A stretch of DNA of 64,000 nt, taken from contig CP128819.1 of NCBI GenBank assembly GCA_051546255.1, positions 682,001 to 746,000 on the forward strand, read 5' to 3'. The notes under the pieces are model-generated. The model was not told where the DNA came from. It did no database searches and saw nothing but the letters and a program-made list of their open reading frames with translations. Positions 10,672 through 22,300 of this stretch are shown in pieces. Made by a program: the position numbers and the translations under genes. How positions within the stretch are numbered: position 1 is the stretch's first letter; each line of letters begins with the position of its first letter. The stretch comes from Meyerozyma guilliermondii. Taxonomy: Eukaryota.

Positions 10672-13600
10672 TTAATCTGTTGCATTACTCCCTTTCCTTC
10701 CCAAGCGTTGAAGAACCTGCTGAAGAAGAACGGCAAGCCCCTCTATACGAGAGGCGTAAGGGATGGACTCCACCAATAGCAATTGCAAAGAGTCAAATTC
10801 CACATTTTTAGACAGAATTATTTTCACGAGCGCATTAAGAATAATGAATAGCTCCTGTTTTTGGATCTTGGGAAGCGGAGCTCGGTAAAGGAGTCGTTCG
10901 TCGGCCACAAACCGCCGGAGGCAGAAGGCAGCTCTGCAAACCAACATTTGCTTGGCACGCTTGTAGTCTTTTTGGGCAAAAGAGCATAGTTCGGTGAGAC
11001 ACATCAATCTTACTTGACTGTCGTTGTAAGGTTGAAGATACATTGTGGTGCCTATACTTGAACCAAAGTCATATTCGCATAGACGCTTGGAAAAGGGAAC
11101 CACCCAGTCTTGTTCTTTTTCATCTTTTTGTCTTAGAGCATCTTCAATATCATTTGACCGGTAGAGAAAAGAAACCTGAAACACCCGATGAAGAAAATCG
11201 TCAATCAAAGGCTCAACTCCCTTCTTTTTTAGAAGAACCGGAAACACATGGTTGCTCAACAGCTTGTATTGGTCAATAATATTGCTTTCGTAGTGATTGT
11301 CTCCAACTTCGAAACAAATATTGAGTGCTTGCAAAATCGTGTTCCAGTAAGCCTCGGAGTTTCCACTGTTGTCTATCATGGCTCCGTCATCAGCAGTGAG
11401 CCTTTGAACAAGAGATCTGACTAGATCCTCGGCTTCCAACCATATAGGACCAGAACCATTGGTTCCAGTGAACACAGGTTTCTGTTTGATCATTTCTATC
11501 AATGATCTCAACACTCGAAGAATGCCAGTATCAGAGACCAATGGACCGAGGAGATCGATAGCTTGAAGCTTTTCACTTAACAATTGCATCGACGACCTGC
11601 TTAAAGCATGAAAAGTAGGTAAATTAGCCGTTCCATTCAACTTCCCAGCAACTCTTTGTTCGATTCTGCTTTTCACTCCAAATGGAAACACAGTCATCGC
11701 TGCCAATTGCTGGACAACCGCAGACTGTACAATTGGGTTTTTCGACTTGATACATTTCAAGTTGTTCAATACGGCATTTTGCAATTCAGACGGTTTTTCT
11801 TCATCACGAACTCGGTTGGGTAGCACAGGGTACCTAGCACAATGACTCAACGCATGAAGTATTCTTGATATTTTCTCTTCGTCTATAATGCCTCCAATAA
11901 GCTGGTTGAGATGGATATAGGACTCGCAAAAACTTGCAAGAAAGTTTTGGTATAATGGGTTGATGAAATCGTACTCAATTGATACAGAAACCCAGAATCG
12001 ATAGAAGATGTCTCTCAAATTCAACGAGACATCTGGTCTTTTTAGTAACAGCGAAAGAAGCTCATCGTAAGACTTGACTATTTTCAAGTCTAGATCAACC
12101 CACCTGTGCTTCAGCAACCTGGTGAAATAGTTCAAAATACCTTCCCAGTAAACTTCGCTTTCCTGCTTCGTCGTAACAAATCTGTCGTACACATTCTCGA
12201 ATCCGGTGAAAGTTAAGCTCAAGCTTTCGAGCCATTCAGGCTTGTTGAACGTGGGATCTTGTGGATCAATTTCCACATTCAAAAGACTTGGAAGCGCAAT
12301 GTCGTAGATTGCTCTCCAGTCAAAGTTACTGCTTCCATGGACATCCACAATCTGGAAAAACGTCTGTATTGCTCCGTCTCGTACACGGGCCCTGTTATCA
12401 CCGCATACTCTAGCCAAGACTAGAAGAAGGTATACGTCCATATTCACGAAATATTGCTTAGTTTCGTCCTTTTCGCTGGAAAGATACAGAATTAAATCTG
12501 TTTCTGAAGAGAGTTGGGTAGACGATCCTTGAATTTTCGCCAGTTCGATCTTTGACTTGATGGAGTCTCCTATGATCCAGAAACAGCTCACAGAACTGAA
12601 CGAGATATTAAGGTCATATTGTTGCTCGCTGAAATTGAACAAGGTATCTGTAACCATTCTGAGCTGGTTGGAAGGTAGATTTTCAAGAAACTCATCCAAA
12701 ATTAACTTTAACGTTTCAAACGCATAATTGATAAGTTGTGCCTTCTTTTCGTTGAGGTTAGAATCCTTGCTCTCAGAAACAGCACCAGCCACAAATGGGG
12801 TGTTGATAATACTGAACACTTGTTTCCATGTGTGTTGGTAAAAAGAGTCGTACTTGTCAATCAACTCATGTACGGTGGATAAGACTTTCAAGTGAATTTC
12901 TGTTTCGCAATTAATGACTAGTGTTTCACTTGTACTCCCAGCGTCGAAAATGGAGTTGAGAAAAGCCACTAGGCAATCCAATGTCATGTTTGCTGTCCTG
13001 GTGCTCACTTCTCCTTTGGAGAGAGAAAATCCACCTTCTGCAATTGACCCAACTATCGAGTTCAAGGCATCCACAATATGAATTCTCAAGTTATAATTCA
13101 AGGTTCTATCCTTGCCCAACTCAGTAATGTACTTCGCAACAGTCTCCCATAAAGTAATAGAGTCAATAGCAAATCTTGATGCGTTAGCTCTGCAAACCTC
13201 TACTACCTGGTTGAAAAAGTAGAGCTTGTTGTAAGGACAGAGACCTATGGTTTCGACTTCGGTATTCTTTTGCTCTTTCCTTCCGAACAGGATATCTGAT
13301 AAGCGTATCAATGAGTTGAGAACATTGGCAAAAGAATCTTCTGGGTATTCGCCAAAGCTCTCTAACAACTTCAACCTCAAATTGTCTATGGTACTTATGT
13401 CTTGTGCTGAAAGCTTGGGCATGTCTTCGAGTCTTTGTATGGATCCTCTCATTTTCCCGCTATCTTTTTCAGTTTTAATTGCCAGACTGAACTCGTCGGC
13501 GCCGTGTAGGTAGTAGTTGCACCATTGGAAAGTGGTGTATACTATATCCCAGGATTCCCTCAAGGTTGATCCAAGAGATATAGCAAGGTTTATCAACGCT

Positions 13601-15399
13601 CTCAAGCAGACCACTTGGCGAGAATTGAAAGCTCTTGAATACCGACCACTTTTTTCCTTTTGTTCATCTGCTCCATTTTGAACCAAGGAGGACGTCAACG
13701 ACTCTACTAGGGACTCTCCATAGTTCAACAATTGCTTTCCTTGGTCCAGGAATGTGTTGGAAGTACTGGGTGTGAGACTCTTACTTTCCGAGGAAGTGGG
13801 TCCATTTTCTATAACAGCATGGGCAATCATGCTGAGCATTTGATCTCTTTCTGTTGTCAAACCCAACAAGCCTGTAGAATGAACAAACTTTTGCAAAGAC
13901 CTTATCAATATATGGAAAGTTTCACTGTCCATTCTGGAATAAACGAAGGTTTTGAAGATTGGATAGATATGCTGATGGCCGTCTTTTATAAAGTCGGTGA
14001 TGAAATTTAGTTCCGAATCGCTGGAGTCGCTGGATAACGTGGATATGAACTTGACCACTCCGCCTGAATATGCAAGAATTATTGAAAAAGTTAGGTATAC
14101 TGGGTAGGTTTGAGGTATAGTAGTGGGTGGTTCGGTTTTGTCGAGGTTATCCAACATGGCGACTCGTAAAGAAGAGGATTTTTTGGAAATGTAGTCCGAA
14201 GGCAGATGGTTTGCAGTTATGGGTTCAAGAGCTTCTGTGACAAGGTAGGAGTTGTGGCTGATGAAAACTTGAAGCGTATTCAACATCTCCAAGAGGACAT
14301 TTTTTTTCGTTTTGGAGTTGTCGAATTTTTCGTAGATGGTTAGAATAGCACTAAAATTGTTGAAAAGACCAAGAAGGGTCTCAAGCACCAAAATCTTGTC
14401 CCACAGAAACGACTTTGTGGCCCATTCTTGGGGGATGTTCTCTTCATTCAAAAGGAGATGGTTTAAAAACGACAAGAGCACCTCGCTTTCTATCTCAAGC
14501 TTGTCCACGTAGTACATCAAGAGGCACTGTATTACTCTGAGGCACCGAACAAAGTAAGGAAACGACTTTGTTGGAGAATTGAGGATATGAAGAAGCGAGG
14601 GTACCAAATGGTCTTTGAAGAGAAATATGAGATCTGGCCGAGATCTGAACAAGTCTCGCTGGTTATTGATCACAGTATGGATAAACTCCAAGGATGCCAA
14701 TGGTTTCAAGGGGATTCCTTCCAAAAAAGAGGCTGGAGACTCGTTCAAAATGTTACAAAGGTCTTTGAAAATTAGGTATCCTTCGTAGGACAAATCGTCC
14801 AAAAATGTGATTTTGTTGTCGATTTTAGCCTCATGGGGTTGTTTATCTGTTTTTTCCGGCACGGCTTCGAGTCCATACTTTTCGTTGCGTTCGTAAATGT
14901 AACCGAAAAGTTGTTGCAATGTAGCCGCAGCAGTATTGATGACAACTGCGGGCTTATTGGCTACCGTCAAGCCGGACCCGATTTGGAGTAAGCGCAAAAG
15001 CAACTTTCCTCGAATCTCTACTATGTAGTTTTGCATCAATGGCGGAAGACACTGGAGAATTCGAAGTTGGATATCCATGGCCAAATGCGACGCTTCCAAA
15101 AGACCATCTAAAAGTGGTCCCAAGGTAGCTGTGCTGAACGCAGTTGTTCCCGCGAGTCTGTTGATGGCCAGGATCGATATTGTCACAAGTTTGGTGTTAT
15201 TACTGGCCAATGTGGACACCAATGGTGCAGCCAACAAGCGACGTTGGTCATCATTTAGAGCTTCTACCGAAGCGTCTGGAGAATAATTTTTCAAGATTGA
15301 AACAGCCACATCGCACTCCAGACGGATATTCAGGTTGCGTCTCTTGCACTCGTTGGATAGCAGCGTCAAGTCTGCTTCCAAGTGCTTGATGGAAGACAT
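10672..15399 (-). CDS. MON2: Mon2/Ysl2 Arf-GEF-like Golgi/endosome scaffold
   Basis: About 1575-aa HEAT-like protein with a DCB-type N terminus (LEADL..LSNECKRRN, DIQLRILQCL), LDKTEPP, and DNRARVRDGAIQTFFQI. First ATG is at 15399. Confidence 0.88.
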   Translation of the reverse strand: MSSIKHLEADLTLLSNECKRRNLNIRLECDVAVSILKNYSPDASVEALNDDQRRLLAAPLVSTLASNNTKLVTISILAINRLAGTTAFSTATLGPLLDGLLEASHLAMDIQLRILQCLPPLMQNYIVEIRGKLLLRLLQIGSGLTVANKPAVVINTAAATLQQLFGYIYERNEKYGLEAVPEKTDKQPHEAKIDNKITFLDDLSYEGYLIFKDLCNILNESPASFLEGIPLKPLASLEFIHTVINNQRDLFRSRPDLIFLFKDHLVPSLLHILNSPTKSFPYFVRCLRVIQCLLMYYVDKLEIESEVLLSFLNHLLLNEENIPQEWATKSFLWDKILVLETLLGLFNNFSAILTIYEKFDNSKTKKNVLLEMLNTLQVFISHNSYLVTEALEPITANHLPSDYISKKSSSLRVAMLDNLDKTEPPTTIPQTYPVYLTFSIILAYSGGVVKFISTLSSDSSDSELNFITDFIKDGHQHIYPIFKTFVYSRMDSETFHILIRSLQKFVHSTGLLGLTTERDQMLSMIAHAVIENGPTSSESKSLTPSTSNTFLDQGKQLLNYGESLVESLTSSLVQNGADEQKEKSGRYSRAFNSRQVVCLRALINLAISLGSTLRESWDIVYTTFQWCNYYLHGADEFSLAIKTEKDSGKMRGSIQRLEDMPKLSAQDISTIDNLRLKLLESFGEYPEDSFANVLNSLIRLSDILFGRKEQKNTEVETIGLCPYNKLYFFNQVVEVCRANASRFAIDSITLWETVAKYITELGKDRTLNYNLRIHIVDALNSIVGSIAEGGFSLSKGEVSTRTANMTLDCLVAFLNSIFDAGSTSETLVINCETEIHLKVLSTVHELIDKYDSFYQHTWKQVFSIINTPFVAGAVSESKDSNLNEKKAQLINYAFETLKLILDEFLENLPSNQLRMVTDTLFNFSEQQYDLNISFSSVSCFWIIGDSIKSKIELAKIQGSSTQLSSETDLILYLSSEKDETKQYFVNMDVYLLLVLARVCGDNRARVRDGAIQTFFQIVDVHGSSNFDWRAIYDIALPSLLNVEIDPQDPTFNKPEWLESLSLTFTGFENVYDRFVTTKQESEVYWEGILNYFTRLLKHRWVDLDLKIVKSYDELLSLLLKRPDVSLNLRDIFYRFWVSVSIEYDFINPLYQNFLASFCESYIHLNQLIGGIIDEEKISRILHALSHCARYPVLPNRVRDEEKPSELQNAVLNNLKCIKSKNPIVQSAVVQQLAAMTVFPFGVKSRIEQRVAGKLNGTANLPTFHALSRSSMQLLSEKLQAIDLLGPLVSDTGILRVLRSLIEMIKQKPVFTGTNGSGPIWLEAEDLVRSLVQRLTADDGAMIDNSGNSEAYWNTILQALNICFEVGDNHYESNIIDQYKLLSNHVFPVLLKKKGVEPLIDDFLHRVFQVSFLYRSNDIEDALRQKDEKEQDWVVPFSKRLCEYDFGSSIGTTMYLQPYNDSQVRLMCLTELCSFAQKDYKRAKQMLVCRAAFCLRRFVADERLLYRAPLPKIQKQELFIILNALVKIILSKNVEFDSLQLLLVESIPYASRIEGLAVLLQQVLQRLGRKGSNATD

Positions 15400-15530
15400 A
15401 GTGAAGAGAAACGTTGAGGTGGCTGTGAGCAGTGCCGGCGGTACTGTGTGGGGTTCTGGGGCACGGGTGCAAAGCGCGAATTCAATTTTGGAGCCCCAGA
15501 TTGTTGCACGGCCCAAGCTTTAATTATTCA

Positions 15531-16769
15531 ATGGTAGGATGGCGCCGATGCTTAAGCACGTCGGTGACGTTCACGCCGGTGAGTGGCAAGGGTAGACTCA
15601 AGATCCCCTTGATGAAAAGTCCATCTCATCTCGGCCATTTTACGTCACGAGTCAATCGCATGTACAATGAAGATCGATACAGTGCTGGAGTTCTTGATGT
15701 CAATGGGTCGAAAATCTTCAATTTCAACATCTTTGATGGCCACGGAGGCGGACAGTGTTCTGACTTTCTCACAGACAATTTGAGCCAGCATGTGGAGAAT
15801 GCCAATGGACTTGCTGCCGTGGATGAAGCCGGTGACAAGCCTCGTGAAAAACTAATCAAAACCTATGCAAAAAACGTTGGCGGGTACTGGAAGCGATGGT
15901 TTCGCCACCGCAAGCAAAACTTTGCTGGAATGGCCAAATCTGGAGTCCAATTGAGCAAAATCGACCACTCGCTGGATCTCGGGATGCGGATACCAATGTC
16001 GTTTTTGGAGGCCGACTATGCGTTTTTCGGCCAGGAGGACAACCGCCTGGGGTCCACGTGCACGTCAGTGTTTTTACAGACGATTTTCAGCGAAGACGGG
16101 GCGTCGGGAACGAAAGAACTGTACTATTTCGGCCGCAAAACGGTTTCCCTTCTCAGCGTGGCCCAGGTGGGCGACACAAAAGCGATCTTGGTGGACAAAA
16201 ACGGTGACGCCCATGCATTGACGGAGGCGCACCATCCTTCGAACCCATTGGAGGCTTCTCGGTTGAGAAAATACGCTGCTAATTTCTTCATGACAGACTC
16301 GTTCGGTGAAGAACGGTTTATATCGCTTGCTAATACCCGGGCGTTTGGCGACGTCGAGTTCAAGCAGATGGGGGTCACGGCAGAGCCGGATATCTCGCAA
16401 TACATCATTGGTGACGGCCAAGTAATCAGGCACAAACTTACCGCCGATGAAATCAAAAATTACACCGTAGGAGGACTCGGCGGCGACGAAAGTTTCTTGG
16501 TTTTATGTACCGACGGTGTCACTGGCGTCCTAACCGACCAGGAAATAGCCGACATAGTCATGGTCCATGTGAACATGAAGGGGACGCCGCGGGCGACGCC
16601 CCAAGTGGGAGCAGAAGAGGTGATTAAATTTGTGGAATACGTGGGCGGCGACGATAACGCTACATGTATGGTGATCCGGTTGAGTGGGTGGGGCCACTGG
16701 CCCATCGAGGACCGAACCGGCGAACTTCGTCAGCAACGCATGAACGATGGAAGAAGACTGGACCGATAG
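15531..16769 (+). CDS. PTC6: Mitochondrial PP2C phosphatase (Ptc6/Aup1)
   Basis: NEDRY, IFDGHGG, VGDTKA, LANTRAFGD, LCTDGVT and DDNAT motifs, plus GHFTSRVNR typical of Ptc6. ATG at 15531. Confidence 0.88.
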   Translation: MVGWRRCLSTSVTFTPVSGKGRLKIPLMKSPSHLGHFTSRVNRMYNEDRYSAGVLDVNGSKIFNFNIFDGHGGGQCSDFLTDNLSQHVENANGLAAVDEAGDKPREKLIKTYAKNVGGYWKRWFRHRKQNFAGMAKSGVQLSKIDHSLDLGMRIPMSFLEADYAFFGQEDNRLGSTCTSVFLQTIFSEDGASGTKELYYFGRKTVSLLSVAQVGDTKAILVDKNGDAHALTEAHHPSNPLEASRLRKYAANFFMTDSFGEERFISLANTRAFGDVEFKQMGVTAEPDISQYIIGDGQVIRHKLTADEIKNYTVGGLGGDESFLVLCTDGVTGVLTDQEIADIVMVHVNMKGTPRATPQVGAEEVIKFVEYVGGDDNATCMVIRLSGWGHWPIEDRTGELRQQRMNDGRRLDR

Positions 16770-16810
16770 AGATAAAAGATTCGAGAGAATCGTTTATTAT
16801 ATACAGCATG

Positions 16811-17086
16811 CTAGTTTTTGGAATATTTGTACATGAATCTTTTGCGGGTGGGGGCAAACTCGCCGAGCTTACTACCCACCATGTCGTCACTGACTTCAAC
16901 TTCGACATATTCACGGCCATTATGGATCTGAAATTTGAGCCCGACAAATTGGGGAAGAATTGTGCAGCTTCGTGCGTTGGTGCGGATGGGGTTTCCTGAC
17001 TGGATGGCCTCTGCTATGGGAAGGGGAACCACATGGGGGCCCTTCCACGACGACCTGCCACGAAGAAGGATGGAGGACGGCTTCAT
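16811..17086 (-). CDS. RSM19: Mitochondrial ribosomal protein uS19m
   Basis: [18 protein letters not shown] and HNGREY...[14 protein letters not shown] form the S19 signature. Confidence 0.93.
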   Translation of the reverse strand: MKPSSILLRGRSSWKGPHVVPLPIAEAIQSGNPIRTNARSCTILPQFVGLKFQIHNGREYVEVEVSDDMVGSKLGEFAPTRKRFMYKYSKN

Positions 17087-17174
17087 GGTGAAGATGTGGA
17101 GTGGAAAATCGATTGAACTTTGGTGCGGGTTACCCGGCGCGAACTAGTTCGCGATGGAGCGATGCGATGGAGTT

Positions 17175-19049
17175 ATGTTTGCAGCACGCTACGACCCTGA
17201 AGATGGGAAAAGGGAGAGTGTAAGTGAAGACACTGAAAGTGAAAGGGAGAGTGAAAGCGGAAGTGAAAGCGAAAGTGAAAGTGAAAAGGAAACGGAAAGT
17301 GAAAGTGAAAAGGAAACCGAAAGTGAAAGTGAAAGTGAGACTGGGAACACTGGAAAGACTGGAGAGACCAGGAAATCAATTGGACTTGAGTCTGTTTCTG
17401 ATTCCGATTCCGATTCTGGCTCTCAATCTCGTTCCGACTCTGATGTCGAAATGAAAGAAGTTGATGCTTCCAATTCCAACATAGTTTCCGACTCTTCCAA
17501 ACACAAGTCAGTTCTAAAGAAGCTTCGAACTTCGCTTTCTGCCCAAAAAGCCGAAAACTCTACTTCCAATTCAGATTCTGACGAATCTTCAGTTCCCACT
17601 CACGACCTCGCACCTCTTCCCCAACCTGCTCTTCCAAGAGATCAAAGACTCACAGCCACCACAAATCACATTGGCAACTTGGACTGGCTCGCTACGCCTA
17701 TATATGCTTCCACAACTGAAACGGTTCCGTTTTCCAGCTTTGGGCTATCTTCTTCAATGGTGAAAAATCTTCAGTCCAATGGGTTTTCCAGTGCCTTTTC
17801 CGTCCAGGTTTCTGTCCTTAAATTATTACTTCCAGACATGGAGTCCCAGGCGATTCGACCGGATATCGGCGGAGACTTGCTAGTCAATGCCGCAACCGGG
17901 TCCGGTAAAACCTTGGGCTACGCCATACCTATAATCGAAAGTCTTAGAAACCGAATTGTGCCCCGAGTTCGAGCCATTGTCCTCGTTCCAACGAAACCGT
18001 TAATCTCGCAGGTAAAAGCCACTTTTGCCATGTTGAGCAAGAACACAAACCTCTCCGTGGTTAGCCTTCGTAGCGATATCTCCATAAACGACGAAGCTCA
18101 ACGACTTCAAGTCGTTCCTGATATAATCGTTTCCACACCTGGTCGTTTGGTGGAACACTTGACCAATGGCCATATCAACCTCAAGAGCTTGCGGTACCTT
18201 GTTATAGACGAGGCAGATCGTTTGTTGAACCAGTCGTTTCAAAACTGGTGTGAAACTTTGATGTCGAGAATCGATTCCAACCCCATTCTGGAACTCGACC
18301 AAACTTGGCGACCCTCTGTTCAAAAGCTTGTGTTTTCTGCTACCTTGACCACCGACGCTGGCCGTTTATCCATGCTCAAGCTCCAGCGGCCCAGGCTTAT
18401 CATCGTCAACGACCGCCATGAATTGGTCAATGAACTTTTCACGGTTCCTGCAACCCTCCAAGAATACAAACTCTCCTTGGGTTCTGCGAGATCGTCGGCA
18501 AAACCTCTTGTTCTTGCCAAGTTCTTGATGAGCGAACAAAAACTTGTGAATACATTGGTGTTCGCCAAATCCAATGAGGCTTCGTTGAGATTGTGCCGGT
18601 TGTTGCAGCTTCTTTTCAGAGTTTTTGGTCTTGATGTGACAGTTTCCTACTTAAACTCCACCAACAACGCAGCTTCAACTCGTGCAAAGATCTTGAAGGA
18701 TTTTGCAAATCAAACGGTTCATATCTTGGTGGTGACAGACTTGATCGCAAGAGGAATTGATATTGCAACCATTACAAATGTGATCAACTACGACTTGCCA
18801 AACTCCTCTCGAGACTACGTCCACCGTGTGGGACGTACCGCGCGTGCCAACCAGGACGGTGAAGCCTACACCATGTGTTTTGGAAAGGGAGAAACCAAAT
18901 GGTTCACTCAGCTCGTTCGCGAAGTGTCGAGGCAGACCGAAGTCAAAGATGTAGAAAAGGGATTTAGAGATTTGGTTTCCAGGGAAGATGAAGCTAAATA
19001 CGATACGTGCCTTGAGGAGTTGCAGAGGCAGGTTTTTGAGGGAGTGTAA
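17175..19049 (+). CDS. DBP6: DEAD-box RNA helicase for 60S biogenesis
   Basis: N terminus MFAARYDP, motifs [34 protein letters not shown] and [11 protein letters not shown]. An alternative in-frame ATG lies at 17154. Confidence 0.92.
   Translation: MFAARYDPEDGKRESVSEDTESERESESGSESESESEKETESESEKETESESESETGNTGKTGETRKSIGLESVSDSDSDSGSQSRSDSDVEMKEVDASNSNIVSDSSKHKSVLKKLRTSLSAQKAENSTSNSDSDESSVPTHDLAPLPQPALPRDQRLTATTNHIGNLDWLATPIYASTTETVPFSSFGLSSSMVKNLQSNGFSSAFSVQVSVLKLLLPDMESQAIRPDIGGDLLVNAATGSGKTLGYAIPIIESLRNRIVPRVRAIVLVPTKPLISQVKATFAMLSKNTNLSVVSLRSDISINDEAQRLQVVPDIIVSTPGRLVEHLTNGHINLKSLRYLVIDEADRLLNQSFQNWCETLMSRIDSNPILELDQTWRPSVQKLVFSATLTTDAGRLSMLKLQRPRLIIVNDRHELVNELFTVPATLQEYKLSLGSARSSAKPLVLAKFLMSEQKLVNTLVFAKSNEASLRLCRLLQLLFRVFGLDVTVSYLNSTNNAASTRAKILKDFANQTVHILVVTDLIARGIDIATITNVINYDLPNSSRDYVHRVGRTARANQDGEAYTMCFGKGETKWFTQLVREVSRQTEVKDVEKGFRDLVSREDEAKYDTCLEELQRQVFEGV
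17221..17340 (+). repeat. Coding (GAAAGT)n hexamer microsatellite giving a Glu-Ser tract in Dbp6
   Basis: Repeated GAAAGT units with an internal duplication of [13 protein letters not shown], followed by GATTCC (Asp-Ser) units at about 17400-17440. Confidence 0.85.
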
Positions 19050-19158
19050 CATGGAATATTCGTGAAATTGTGAAATACTAATTTGAATTGGAAAGTTGCA
19101 AAAAATTGCAAAGTTGCAAAATTACAAATTTCAATAAAACATTTGCATCCTTATAGAG

Positions 19159-19240
19159 CATAGACTAATGCATAGACCAATGCATACACTAATAGAGCAT
19201 AGACTAATACATACACTTAATGCATACACTTAATCCATAG
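19159..19240. repeat. Degenerate 12-13 bp tandem repeat (CATAGACTAATG / CATACACTTAATG)
   Basis: About 6 imperfect copies between DBP6 and RAD26. Confidence 0.75.
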
Positions 19241-19325
19241 ATTACCTGAACTCTACTTTATGATTGCGATGCCTCTGCATATAATCTCAATCACAGATAA
19301 CAATCTTCTTTTCACCTCGCCTTCC

Positions 19326-22300
19326 ATGGAAGATATCGAGGGCCAGCTTCGTGTAGTCAAGCAAGATGATCTCGAGAGCAAGATCACCAGCCAAGCTAAT
19401 AAAGCCTTACTTGAAAAAGATGCAGAATTAGAAGAAAAGAGACTTGAAAAGACATCTCAAAATCTTACTAAAACGTTAAAGAAGATCAAAGTCATCGAGT
19501 CTCGACTAGAAGATCCACGTACAAAGCTATCGCAACGCAAGCAACTCCGGGATGAGCTCGAATGGTTCACAAAGAACGAACTAGATCCGTTGAACCGGGA
19601 TCTTCAAGACATCAAGGCTCGTTTGGAACAGATCAAACAGCAGCAAAAGAAGCCTACAAATCCTCAGGATGACGGTAAGGGTGTGGAACGCTTGGAAAAT
19701 GAGACTGAACGTGAGTTTTTGACCAGGACGGGAAAAATCACAGCTTTTGGAAATCAAAGTGGGTTCCAAGAAGTGGATGAAAATGAACAAAAGAGTCATA
19801 TATTTCTTCGTGCACCAGGATTTGCTCCTTCTGACCCTTCCAGGAAGGAAGCCAAGGTCGAGGAGGACGTGGTGGAAAACTTAAGGGGGTTTGAGGCTAC
19901 TGGTGATGATGTTACACAACCTAAAAGTAACGAAAGCGAAGATGAATATACCCCAGATGCTGCTGAGTTGGATTTGGACGAAGAGGAGAGTATGGAACAT
20001 GACTCAGAAGACGACGAAGTGCGAGATATTCGAAATATGGACGACGGAGACGAGCAATTCTACCAGAAAAGACTTGCTGAATGGTGTAAAAAACGTTCAT
20101 CTTTAAGAAAAGATTTAGCCAAAACTACCACTGAAGAATGGCATATGCCTCATCCTACCGTTAGTGATGCAGTTCTCAACTCGCAATTTCGTCTTCCTGG
20201 CGACATATACCCGTCATTATTCCAGTACCAACGGACTTGTGTTCAATGGCTCTGGGAGCTCTATCTGCAAAAAACCGGCGGGATTATTGGCGATGAAATG
20301 GGGTTGGGAAAAACCATTCAGGTTGTCTCTTTCATTGCTGGGCTTCATTATTCGGGGCTTCTAGACAAACCAGTCATTGTAGTGGTTCCTGCTACGGTTA
20401 TGATGCAATGGGTCAACGAATTTCATACTTGGTGGCCTCCGCTTCGGTGTGCTATTTTGCATAGCATAGGGTCAGGAATGTCTAAAAGTGCACTTACATC
20501 GGAAGAAAAGATCGAAAATATGATGGCTAATGACGACTTTGATTTGAATGAGGACAAATTTCTCGCCCAGCAAAAGGGACTTTCCAATGCTAAAAACATA
20601 GTTGACAGAGTAGTGTCCAAAGGACATGTCCTAATTACAACCTACGTTGGTTTGCGGGTCTACTCGAAATATATCCTTCCTCATCAGTGGGGATACGCAG
20701 TTTTGGACGAGGGCCATAAAATCAGAAACCCCAATTCGCATATCACATTGACCTGCAAGCAACTCAAAACACATAATAGAATCATTTTATCAGGTACTCC
20801 GATACAAAATAACCTTATTGAGCTTTGGTCCCTTTTTGACTTTGTCTTTCCAGGAAGACTAGGCACTTTACCTGTGTTTGAGCAGCAATTTTCCATCCCG
20901 ATAAATATGGGAGGATACGCCAATGCTTCCAATGTTCAGGTGCAAACAGGTTACAAGTGTGCCGTGGTTTTGCGAGACCTAATTTCTCCATATCTTCTTC
21001 GACGGCTCAAAAGTGATGTGGCTCAAGACTTGCCCAAAAAAGAAGAAATGGTCTTGTTTGTCAAGTTGACCCAGTACCAGCAGGATATGTATGAAAAGTT
21101 TCTCAGCAGCGAAGATTTGCACGCAATTTTGAAGGGAAAACGGAACATGTTAACAGGAGTAGATACCTTGCGGAAAATTTGCAACCATCCAGATCTCGTT
21201 GATCGCGAACTTTTGCTTCGGAAAAAAGGTTACAACTATGGAATTCCAAACAAGTCGGGCAAAATGCTTGTTCTCAAGGGCCTTTTACAGCTCTGGCAAA
21301 GCCAGGGACACAGAACTTTACTTTTCTGTCAAACAAAGCAAATGCTAGATATTTTGGAGAAATTGCTAGTTAACCTTACAAGAATTTCTGATGGAACAGA
21401 GTATTTCAACTACATGAGAATGGACGGATCTACCCCAATTTCCAAAAGACAGGGACTCGTTGACATGTTCAATAATAATACCAATTACGATGTGTTCTTG
21501 TTGACCACAAAAGTGGGCGGGTTGGGAGTTAATTTAACTGGAGCTGACCGTGTGATCATCTACGATCCAGACTGGAACCCTTCTACAGATATTCAAGCAA
21601 GAGAGAGAGCATGGAGACTTGGTCAAAAACGAGATATTGTCATTTATAGACTCATGACAGCAGGTACCATTGAGGAGAAAATCTACCATCGGCAAATCTT
21701 CAAGACTTTTTTGACCAACAAGATTCTTAAAGATCCGAAACAACGACGGTTTTTTAAGGTCAATGATTTGCATGATTTGTTCACGCTAGGCGATCCAGAA
21801 GAAAAAGGAACAGAAACCGGTGATATGTTTAACGGATCAGAAATCAACTATAGTGGTTCGAGGGAAAGAAAACCCACAAATTTGAAGAATACCAACAAGA
21901 ATGATGATGATTTTTACAGTGTTGCAAAACTTAATGGTGTCTCCAAATTGGACAAATTTCAAGGCGGCGATGAAGACGAAGATGCTCGCCCAGACGAGGA
22001 CCGCATTATGGAAGGTCTTTTTTCCAACGACAACATCCACAGTACTGTGAAACATGATAGTATTATCGATTCTTCGAACCAAGAAATTTCCATCATAGAA
22101 AAAGAAGCCAACAAATTGGCGGCAGAAGCGGCCGAGGCACTCAAAAATTCCCGGAAACAGACTCGCAAGAACACTATAGGAACACCCACGTGGACTGGAA
22201 AGTTTGGACTCGCTGGTCGGTTTGGAGTACAGAAGCCGAAACGAACAAATGTAGCACCATTCAGAATTCCTCGAAAATCAGAAAACTCCGAACTTTCGTC

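Noticed and set aside
15400..15530. N-terminal extensions of MON2 and PTC6 in the ORF track that appear to overlap
   Set aside because: They depend on non-ATG starts. The real ATGs at 15399 and 15531 leave a 131-bp divergent promoter.
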